64,000 nucleotides of DNA, from assembly GCA_963422735.1 (NCBI GenBank), contig OY730476.1, positions 4,032,001-4,096,000 of the forward strand, given 5' to 3'. The notes under the pieces were generated by a model. That model had not been told where the DNA came from. It saw only the letters and a program-made list of their open reading frames with translations, and did no database searches. Both the position numbers and the translations under genes were made by a program. Source of the DNA: Candidatus Latescibacterota bacterium (lineage in GTDB: Bacteria > Latescibacterota > UBA2968 > UBA8231). Shown in pieces: positions 1-7,408 of the stretch (position 1 is the first letter of the stretch; every line of letters begins with the position of its first letter).

Positions 1-201
1 CAGGGTCGCACCAGCGCCGAAGGGCAGTTCAGCGGCCGGGGTTTTTACGGCTCCTACCAAGTAGAAGTTCGCCTCGACGACCAAATGTTCACCGCGCCCT
101 TTACCCTCGAAGCCGATATGGAAACCGTCACCATCCGCCTAGACGCCGCGACCACTATCCGCGATACGGAGGAACAACCCGCTCGGTTCAACCTCGAATA
201 G
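1..201 (+). CDS. 3' end of a gene running in from the left edge; resembles the C-terminal beta-sandwich that follows GH10 xylanase-like domains
   Basis: Frame 1 open from base 1: QGRTSAEGQFSGRGFYGSYQVEVRL...EEQPARFNLE*; 'G.F..RGFYG.Y.V.V' pattern recalled from GH10-associated C-termini. Confidence 0.5.
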   Translation, partial: QGRTSAEGQFSGRGFYGSYQVEVRLDDQMFTAPFTLEADMETVTIRLDAATTIRDTEEQPARFNLE

Positions 202-238
202 AGAACACCGATTTCCACCTTGAGATGGATTATAGAGA

Positions 239-1075
239 TCAGCCCGTCCGCGGCCGAACCACGGTTTCGCCGTCGGCTTCTATCAGCGGCCGATGGTAGA
301 TATAGGGTGGTTCGAGCACGGCCTGTTGCGCCTCGGTCAGTTCGCCGACCCATTCTGGCTGGCTGGTCTGGTAGGTGCCACCGGCAAAGTGCAGATATTT
401 GGGCGAGTAGCGGTAGAGTAGGGAGCGCCGCTCGTGCTCGGCCACCCACGGGAGCGTGCCGTGTAAGGTCGCCTCGTTGAAGATTACCATATCGCCGGTC
501 TGGCAGGGGACGTTGTACACGATCTCGCGGTGTTCCTGCCAGTGACAAATTTTTTGCGGCAGCGGGAAGTTGGCCTTGTGGCTGCCTGGGATCACGCACA
601 GTCCGCCGTCGCCCTCATTGACGTCAGCGAGCTGGAACTGGCAGACGATCATGCCGCAGCGCATCTGGTCGTTGGCATAAGCGTAGTACTGTGCGCCGTT
701 GAAGTGGCGGCTGGTCGAGCCGTGGAGGATCAGGCCCTCAGCGCCCTTGCCGCCGCAGAGCATAAAGGGCGAGTGGTCCATCTTCCAGCCGCGGCCAAAG
801 AGCGCGTCGAGATAGGGGATGAGCTTTTTGTGCGCCAAGAGGGTGCGGAAGGGCAGGCAGTGAGGTTTTTCCCATTCGAGCATCCCCGTGAAGATGCCGC
901 GCCGCCGGCCCTCGAGCACGTCGCTGCCGCCGGTATTGTGATTGCCGTCTTCGCCGCGCTTGTCCTCATTGGCGTCAAAGGCCGCGTTGAGCGCATCGAC
1001 TTCGGCAGGGGTGAGGAAGCTGGGGACCTTCAGGAAGCCCTGTAGGTCGAAGAGGAATTTTTCTGTGTCATTCAT
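239..1075 (-). CDS. Phytanoyl-CoA dioxygenase (PhyH) family Fe(II)/2OG oxygenase
   Basis: N-terminal FDLQGFLKVP, GGLCVIPGSHK, GDMVIFNEATLHG, RRSLLYRY motifs. Confidence 0.85.
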   Translation of the reverse strand: MNDTEKFLFDLQGFLKVPSFLTPAEVDALNAAFDANEDKRGEDGNHNTGGSDVLEGRRRGIFTGMLEWEKPHCLPFRTLLAHKKLIPYLDALFGRGWKMDHSPFMLCGGKGAEGLILHGSTSRHFNGAQYYAYANDQMRCGMIVCQFQLADVNEGDGGLCVIPGSHKANFPLPQKICHWQEHREIVYNVPCQTGDMVIFNEATLHGTLPWVAEHERRSLLYRYSPKYLHFAGGTYQTSQPEWVGELTEAQQAVLEPPYIYHRPLIEADGETVVRPRTG

Positions 1076-1872
1076 CAATAATACGTCTCCGCGTCGTGTA
1101 CCGGGTCGTAGCCGACTTCGCGCCGGGGCGTTTCAATATCAAAGATATTGTAGGTGTTGTCCGAGATCGCAAAGTAATGTGCGCCACTGGGCAGGTCGCC
1201 GGCGCAATGCCGCTGGAAGCAGGCGTGGACTAGGCGGGCGGCATCCTCTTGATGGCACCAGAGGGCAAAGTAGCCCCGTTCCGATGCGCGGGCGTCGTTT
1301 TCTGCGTTGACGCCGCCCCAGCGCATGGCAACCGCGCTGTGTCCCTGGTCGGCGACCTTTTGCACCCACTCCTCCACGTGGGCTTTTTCGCGTCCATAGT
1401 CGTTGATCGGGTGCGCGGGCACGGCCGCGGAAATCCGCTCGGGCCAATTGGTTATCTCGTCGAACTGCCGCTCGGCCAAGGTCCAATAGAAGCCCGGCTG
1501 GTGAAAGTCGTACAGCCCATCGACCGCGTGAACCGAGCTGGAGCCGACGATCATCGGCGGCTCGTCTTCGGCCAACACCGCTTCAAAAACCAAGTCTGTC
1601 ATCCGCTTCATGGCCGCCAAGTCGCCGCCGCGAGCCAAATAGACGACCAAGTCGCACCCGGGGATCAGGGCGCGAAAGGCCTCCGGCGACTTCGCAATAT
1701 CGAGGTCGATAAAATTCCCTCCGGCATCCGGCTCGGTCGCCTTGTCCGGTGCGCCGGGCAAATCCACGGAAACCATGCGGTAGCGCGGATCGAGCCGCGG
1801 CATATAGGTCCGCAGGCCCGAGCCAATCGTGCCTCGCCCGCCGATGAGCAAAACTTTGTATGCTGACACCAT
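1075..1872 (-). CDS. NAD-dependent epimerase/dehydratase (extended SDR)
   Basis: GGRGTIG Rossmann motif, YGREK catalytic YxxxK; stop overlaps next start. Confidence 0.8.
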   Translation of the reverse strand: MVSAYKVLLIGGRGTIGSGLRTYMPRLDPRYRMVSVDLPGAPDKATEPDAGGNFIDLDIAKSPEAFRALIPGCDLVVYLARGGDLAAMKRMTDLVFEAVLAEDEPPMIVGSSSVHAVDGLYDFHQPGFYWTLAERQFDEITNWPERISAAVPAHPINDYGREKAHVEEWVQKVADQGHSAVAMRWGGVNAENDARASERGYFALWCHQEDAARLVHACFQRHCAGDLPSGAHYFAISDNTYNIFDIETPRREVGYDPVHDAETYY

Positions 1873-1942
1873 GCAGTTTCTCCTTTCGCGGAGGCAAACC
1901 TAAGCGACGGCCCGGCGATTGACCAGCCTTTTCCGCTCAGCT

Positions 1943-2677
1943 TCAGTGCGCCCACTCCTCGTGTGCGAGCGGCCGCTGATTCAGTTCATCCCGATGAACG
2001 CGCCACTGAGGCATGAACCGGTCCATCAGCTTGCGAAACCGCTCGTTGTGCCGGTGCTCGATCAAGTGGACCATTTCGTGGACGAGGACGTACTCCAAGC
2101 ACAAAGTCGGCTTCTTGGCCAGTTCGAGGTTTAGCCAGATGCGCTTGGCTTCGATATTACAGGATCCCCAGAGGGTCTTCATTTTTTTGATCCGCACTTC
2201 ATCAACCGTCACCCCGACCTTCCGCGCCCATTTGATGCACAGCTCTGGCAATTGTTCGCGGAGCTGACGGCGATACCATTGCTCCAATACCGCCTCCTTT
2301 GTGTCCCGGTCGGTGCCAGGACGGACGCGCAACGCCATCTTCGCGTTGTTGAACAGACAAACCGCCGGTGTACCGTCGTGCTCGATCACGTCGAGTCGAT
2401 AGCGCCGGCCCCTGAAGTAATGGCTCTCGCCGGTCGCGAACTCGCGCTGGGATTGGCGGTTTTGTTGGGCAAATTCGGCTCGCTTCCGGCGAATCCATCC
2501 CGACCGCGAAATGACGGCCAAGCGCACGGCGTCATCGTCGAACCACAGGGGTGCGGCCACTCGCACCCGACCGCTCGGCGGATAGACGCCTATGTGGAGA
2601 TTCTTGATGTTCTTGCGGACGATCTCTATTGGAATCCCGCGAATGTCGATGTGGTGACTTCTAACCTTAGTAGTCAC
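1943..2677 (-). CDS. YgjP/DUF45 (SprT-like) zinc metallopeptidase of the type usually downstream of type I R-M operons
   Basis: KMKTLWGSCN and EYVLVHEMVH..HNERF (HExxH) motifs; follows hsdR remnant. Confidence 0.85.
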   Translation of the reverse strand: MTTKVRSHHIDIRGIPIEIVRKNIKNLHIGVYPPSGRVRVAAPLWFDDDAVRLAVISRSGWIRRKRAEFAQQNRQSQREFATGESHYFRGRRYRLDVIEHDGTPAVCLFNNAKMALRVRPGTDRDTKEAVLEQWYRRQLREQLPELCIKWARKVGVTVDEVRIKKMKTLWGSCNIEAKRIWLNLELAKKPTLCLEYVLVHEMVHLIEHRHNERFRKLMDRFMPQWRVHRDELNQRPLAHEEWAH

Positions 2678-2998
2678 TTTGTGCCTTCACGATCTCAAAT
2701 ATCGCGTTTACGAGGCTCTCGTTGCCGCCGAGTTTCGAGTGGATGGCGTTGAGAACCTCGCGTTCCTTGAGCGTGTTTCCTCGCCAGTCGGCCTTTTTCA
2801 CCCGACGGATGGCGGAATCTAGGGCGAGCACCTTCGCCTCCCGGACATCCACGGCCGGCTCGGTGCCGAGTGGCTTTTGGACTGTCGGAACCAGCATCAC
2901 CAAGTTGTCGAACAGCACTCTCAATGCCGCGCTGTTGATGCTGGCAGGATAGGACGCTTGGGTCTCTGGCCGATTGATCTTTCTGGTCAGTAGGTACT
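2667..2998 (-). pseudogene. hsdR: C-terminal remnant of type I restriction subunit HsdR
   Basis: YPASINSAALRVLFDNL...ALDSAIRRVKKADWRGNTLKEREV...IFEIVKAQSDY resembles HsdR C-termini; overlaps YgjP start as in intact operons; no own start. Confidence 0.65.
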
Positions 2999-3293
2999 CC
3001 TTCGCCGAGTTTGCTCTCGTCGTTGAAATCGGCTTGGTCGATGACGCCCTTGAGGTCGTTAGCCTCGGCAAGCTGGCCGATGATCTTGTTGATCTTGTCG
3101 CCCTTCAGCGTCACCATATCGGCAAAACTGTCGCCGGGCGGCACTTCAATGAGCGCGTACGCGTCGCCGGCGTGTACTTCATAAACAGCAGCGTCAGGAC
3201 GTAGTCCTTGTACTGGGAGGCGTCTATGCCGCCGCGCAACTCGTCGCAGCTTTCCCACAGCGAGGAGTAGAGTTGGGACTTCTTCAAAGCCAT
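2999..3293 (-). pseudogene. hsdM: N-terminal remnant of type I methyltransferase HsdM, frameshifted and truncated
   Basis: MALKKSQLYSSLWESCDELRGGIDASQYKDYVLTLLFMKY then frameshift to AGDAYALIEVP...DFNDESKLGEG. Confidence 0.8.
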
Positions 3294-3296
3294 GCG

Positions 3297-4175
3297 CTAG
3301 CACCCCTTAAACCACAGCTTCAGCGCCGTTCCGCCCATAATCATCTCTTTTTCTGCTGCGGAGATATTCGGCAGGTGGCAGTCGAGTAAATCCACCAGTT
3401 TCTGGTATCCCGGCTCCACCACAATCCACGGCGAATCCGTACACCACATCATGCGAGCCGCGCCGTAGGCCCGATACACATCCTCAACCATGGGCTGCAT
3501 ATCCCCATAGGGCCAAGGCTGCTTGGAAAACGCATACTCCCCTGAAATTTTGATATAGACATTGGGAAATCGAGACAGCGCCATCACTTGCGGATAGTTG
3601 GCCGGCGGCAGCGGCTCGGCGTCAAAGCGGGGGCGACCCCACCGGTCCGGTCCGCCGGGCGTGGTCGGCATTACGCCGAGATGGTCGAGGGAAATGTTTA
3701 CGCCGGGAAAAGCCGCGGCCAGCCGTTCGATGCAGGAAAACTGGGCTCCACTGGTGTAGATATTGATGTTGAGCCCCAGTTCGTCCGCACACTCGAAGAG
3801 CGCGTAGCTCGACAGGTCCTCGGCCCGCTGTGCGCCCGGGTCGCCCAACGCCCCCAGTCGGATCCCTTCAATACCGGTGGCCGAGACGAGTTCGCGCAGT
3901 CGCGCGGGTGGGTCCGGGTCATCCATGTCGATCAAGCCGGTAGCCGTAAAACGGTCGGGCCACGTCCGCACACAATGCGCGACATAGGCGTGCTGTTCGA
4001 CTTTGGTGCCGTTCATTTCAATCAGCACGGAGCGGTCGATGCCCGAAGCATCCATGTCCGCTATGAGCGCCTCTATCGGACAGGCGCGGTCGGCCGGTGC
4101 GAGGCTGCTCAACTCGCGGGGGAATCGCTCGCTCGGCAGGTCGAAGACGTGAACGTGAACATCGACTTTATCCAT
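3297..4175 (-). CDS. Amidohydrolase_2 family protein
   Basis: DVHVH metal motif, LDHLG, NVYIKISG, RMMWCTDSPW. Confidence 0.85.
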   Translation of the reverse strand: MDKVDVHVHVFDLPSERFPRELSSLAPADRACPIEALIADMDASGIDRSVLIEMNGTKVEQHAYVAHCVRTWPDRFTATGLIDMDDPDPPARLRELVSATGIEGIRLGALGDPGAQRAEDLSSYALFECADELGLNINIYTSGAQFSCIERLAAAFPGVNISLDHLGVMPTTPGGPDRWGRPRFDAEPLPPANYPQVMALSRFPNVYIKISGEYAFSKQPWPYGDMQPMVEDVYRAYGAARMMWCTDSPWIVVEPGYQKLVDLLDCHLPNISAAEKEMIMGGTALKLWFKGC

Positions 4176-4196
4176 CTGCTGAGTCCTTTCTCTACG

Positions 4197-5153
4197 CTAG
4201 GGATCTAGGTTTAAGTGCCAGCTCAACTCGTCGAGGTGGGCAGCGTGTTGGTAAATCGGGTGCATCAGCTCGCTGCGGTAGCGTGCAAAGAGCACCGGAT
4301 CAACAAAGCGCTGCGCCTGTGACCAGTCCCAGTTTATATAGGTAAATGCCTTGATGTTGGGATGGTGGCGCAAGAAGCGGAGGAAGGGGACGAACCAATG
4401 GGGCCACGCTCGCTCGGCCCGGCCTAGGTCGATGGTAGCTGGCGTGACCACGCCGACCAGCACTGGGTAGCCGCGCTCCTGCGCCGCCTCGACAAAGGTG
4501 CGGCTGCGGCGCAGGTCTTGCGGCGCGGCCACATCAATCGACCACCAATCGACGTACTCATCCCCCGGATAGTACGCCAAGTAATCGGGACCGCCGTCGG
4601 CCTTATGCGTCCAGATCAGCGCGACGTTGTCCAAGCCCCAGCGATCCCGCAGCGTTTGCGCTAGCCGTCGCCAAGCCTCGACGTAGTTTGTCGCCTCATA
4701 GGCGCGCCAAGAGCTATTGAACGCATACCCCAATCTCAGTAGGGCCGGGCGATCTAGCTCCTGCAACCCCCAGCAGAGCCGCTCAATCGCCTCGTCGAGC
4801 TGGCCCTCGGCAATAGCCGCCTCGTAAGGCTGGCCGGCAGCACTGAACCCAAGGTCAATTTGCGGAAGACCGTAGCCTGCGTACTGGTCCAGATGGGTGC
4901 GCAAAGTTAGATGCCAATCGTAGGGCAGGTCGTGGAGTTCGTAGTACGCGGCATAGACGAGCGGGCGCGTGCGTTCTTCGGGGTTGAGCGGTCCGAAGCT
5001 GAGCGCGGCCCCGTGCAAGATGCGCTCGCCGAGTGGCTCTAGGCGGTGGAGGTGGTCGGTGCGCGCGGCAAAGTGGCCTAAGGGATCGGGCGCGAGCGAG
5101 GCCGCGTAGCAGCCGGCAAGAACGAGGGCAAAAAACAATAGCAGAGAGCGCAT
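4197..5153 (-). CDS. GH26-like TIM-barrel lipoprotein, probably catalytically inactive
   Basis: Signal/lipobox MRSLLLFFALVLAGC; YYPGDEYVDW GH26 signature; LRLGYAFN and PVLVGV where Glu residues are expected. Confidence 0.7.
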   Translation of the reverse strand: MRSLLLFFALVLAGCYAASLAPDPLGHFAARTDHLHRLEPLGERILHGAALSFGPLNPEERTRPLVYAAYYELHDLPYDWHLTLRTHLDQYAGYGLPQIDLGFSAAGQPYEAAIAEGQLDEAIERLCWGLQELDRPALLRLGYAFNSSWRAYEATNYVEAWRRLAQTLRDRWGLDNVALIWTHKADGGPDYLAYYPGDEYVDWWSIDVAAPQDLRRSRTFVEAAQERGYPVLVGVVTPATIDLGRAERAWPHWFVPFLRFLRHHPNIKAFTYINWDWSQAQRFVDPVLFARYRSELMHPIYQHAAHLDELSWHLNLDP

Positions 5154-5212
5154 GATAGTACCCCTGTGAAGCGGCGGATATTGTACCAATATGCAGCATT
5201 TTGAGGCGGCTC

Positions 5213-6127
5213 TCAAAACCGCTCACCCGCGGCGCAGAGTACGCCGAGCGCGTCGCAGGTAACGTGGAGGTTGGGGCGACTGCGGTTGGGCCGGCCCCAA
5301 TTGACGAGTGAGTCATCGCCCTTGCCGATGCGCCCGACTCGGTAGTGTTTGCGCTCGGCTGGGAACGTGCCGTCGGCGAGTTGTTTCGACTTGAGCAGGT
5401 CCAGCGCAGCGTGGCAACGCACGTCGGCGAGATGGCCGGCTTCGACCATGACCTTGAGGGCAAAGAGGAAGTCGCAGTGCTCGTAGCAGGGATAGTGCAA
5501 CAAGGCGCAGTCCGCGCTCAAGGGACGGCCATCGGGCTTTTGGTAGAGGTGGTGGGCGAGCAAGTGCTCGGCGAGGCGGGCGGCTGCATCGCCGGAGGTG
5601 TGGTCGGCGCGGAGGCGGGCGTGTAGGGCGAGGCCGCGCAGGGCGGTGAGTGCTTGGCCGAAGGCAGCGGGACTGCGGCCCAATGCCTTCGGCAAGCTGA
5701 TTGCGAGGCGGTAGGCCAAGGCGTCGGCGCGGCCATCGTCTATCTCGAGGAAGAGCAAATAGTACAGCGCATTGCCCTCGATTGCGCCGCTGATAGGCTC
5801 GGGGCGGGCGGGATCTAAAAGCCACTCGCAGGCTTGGTCGCGCAAGGCCCAAAGGCTTTTGTCGCGGGGCGCGGAGCCTAGGTCGGCCAGCATGTAGAGC
5901 ACCCAATGGGCACCGCGCCAGCGGTGGTCCGGCGGGAGTCGGATGCGACCTGCAGCATCCAACTCGGCCAACAGGGTGCGAGCTAAGACCGACTCGCGGA
6001 TCTCGTCGCGGAGAATGCGAATCTCGCGCTCGCGGGGCGGGCGGGCCGAGACGTTGAGGCGGATCTTGTAGCGCACGAAGGGCTCGTCCATTGCGGAGAG
6101 GGCGCGGGCGATGTGGGCAGTGGACAT
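5213..6127 (-). CDS. Conserved hypothetical alpha/alpha-toroid (prenyltransferase/squalene-cyclase-like repeat) protein
   Basis: WRGAHWVL, HYPCYEHCDFLFAL, LLKSKQLADGTFP (QW-like repeat). Confidence 0.55.
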   Translation of the reverse strand: MSTAHIARALSAMDEPFVRYKIRLNVSARPPREREIRILRDEIRESVLARTLLAELDAAGRIRLPPDHRWRGAHWVLYMLADLGSAPRDKSLWALRDQACEWLLDPARPEPISGAIEGNALYYLLFLEIDDGRADALAYRLAISLPKALGRSPAAFGQALTALRGLALHARLRADHTSGDAAARLAEHLLAHHLYQKPDGRPLSADCALLHYPCYEHCDFLFALKVMVEAGHLADVRCHAALDLLKSKQLADGTFPAERKHYRVGRIGKGDDSLVNWGRPNRSRPNLHVTCDALGVLCAAGERF

Positions 6128-6257
6128 AGGGATTGAGGCTCAGTACGATGCGTTGGCAGAAAAAAAAGGGCTTGTATATTGTTGTGCAATAGCAATCACA
6201 GAAGCAATAGTTTGCTTTGCCTAGCAGCTATCCTAAGTATGACGGATCGGAGAACAA

Positions 6258-7307
6258 ATGCCCAAAACCAATAGAGGCTGGACCATGGGCAGCGAGTGCA
6301 AACCGGCTGCTGAATACGACATGCGCGTCGCCCGCGGCTTGTTGCAACGAGAAAGCGCCCGTTGGCCGGCGTATGCGATTGTGACCACGCCCAGCGCGTA
6401 CGCAGCCGCCCAAGCCCACCTCGTGCGCGAGCCAGAGGGCGTAGTCTTTGCCGAGTGGCTGGACTCGGCGCATCAGCAGGAACTCAGCGACCAGCTACCA
6501 GCCGGGATCGAGCTGGTCATCGGCTTGGGCGGAGGCAAGGCCCTCGATGCTTCCAAGTTCGTGGCACTAGACAAGGACGCCGAGCTGATCTTGGTGCCGA
6601 CGATTCTCTCTTCCGGAGCAATCATCCACGGGCACGTGGCGCGGTGGGACGGCTATCAGACCGTGGGCGGTTTAGACGACTGGCCGTGGGTGGATTGCCA
6701 ATACGTGCTCGTGGATGTCGATGTGATCCTCAAGGCGCCGGATTACTTGCACACTGCCGGGCTGGGCGACATCCTTTGCGGCTATGCAGGGCTGGAGGAG
6801 TGGCGGCGGCGGGCGGCGTTGGGGCAAGGGGCGGAGTTCGACCCGGTGCTAGCAGCACAGCAGGTGGCGCAGCACGAGTCGATCACAAGTTCTTTTGCCG
6901 CAACGCTGGATTCCAACGGGTGGATGACCGCGGCGAGTGCGGCCAACATCGCGCAGCGGATTAAGGAGCGCGATAGCCAGTACTTGCAGGCCCCCACAGA
7001 AAGCGGCGACCATCCGTTCTGGATCGCGCTGGAGACGGCTAACCAACGGACTTGGGTCCACGGCGAGCTAGTGGCCTTGGGGGCGATGATCATCACTTGG
7101 TGCTGCGAGGGGGATACCGCGGGGTTGGCGAAGCGACTGGACCGCTGTCGGGTGCGCTGGCGGCCTAGACAAATGGGACTAGAGCGGACGGCACTGCAAA
7201 AGGGGCTGGCGTTTGTGCCGCGCTACATGGCGGAAAAAGGCGTCAACTCGGTGCTGCAAGAGCCGATTGAAGGGATGCACTTCGACGCGCTGTGGCGCTT
7301 CCTATGA
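6258..7307 (+). CDS. Glycerol-1-phosphate dehydrogenase-like / iron-containing alcohol dehydrogenase family
   Basis: GLGGGKALDASK, VPTILS, AGLGDIL, SGDH, HGELVALG; alternative start 6285. Confidence 0.75.
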   Translation: MPKTNRGWTMGSECKPAAEYDMRVARGLLQRESARWPAYAIVTTPSAYAAAQAHLVREPEGVVFAEWLDSAHQQELSDQLPAGIELVIGLGGGKALDASKFVALDKDAELILVPTILSSGAIIHGHVARWDGYQTVGGLDDWPWVDCQYVLVDVDVILKAPDYLHTAGLGDILCGYAGLEEWRRRAALGQGAEFDPVLAAQQVAQHESITSSFAATLDSNGWMTAASAANIAQRIKERDSQYLQAPTESGDHPFWIALETANQRTWVHGELVALGAMIITWCCEGDTAGLAKRLDRCRVRWRPRQMGLERTALQKGLAFVPRYMAEKGVNSVLQEPIEGMHFDALWRFL

Positions 7308-7319
7308 AGAATAGGGTAT

Positions 7320-7399
7320 GGGCGTCCACAAGGGCGGCGGACACTTCTTCTATGTTCTTCGGCCTACGGGCATTAGGTAGGGGCGTCCACAAGGGCGGC
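7320..7399. repeat. Two direct copies of a REP-like unit GGGCGTCCACAAGGGCGGC between convergent genes
   Basis: Copies at 7320-7338 and 7381-7399; second preceded by GTAG as in GTAG-type REPs. Confidence 0.65.
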
Positions 7400-7408
7400 C
7401 TTTCGCTC

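Noticed and set aside
2695-3303. 202-aa ORF as a real gene
   Set aside because: Only its middle part is HsdM-like; it is a by-product of the frameshift and deletion
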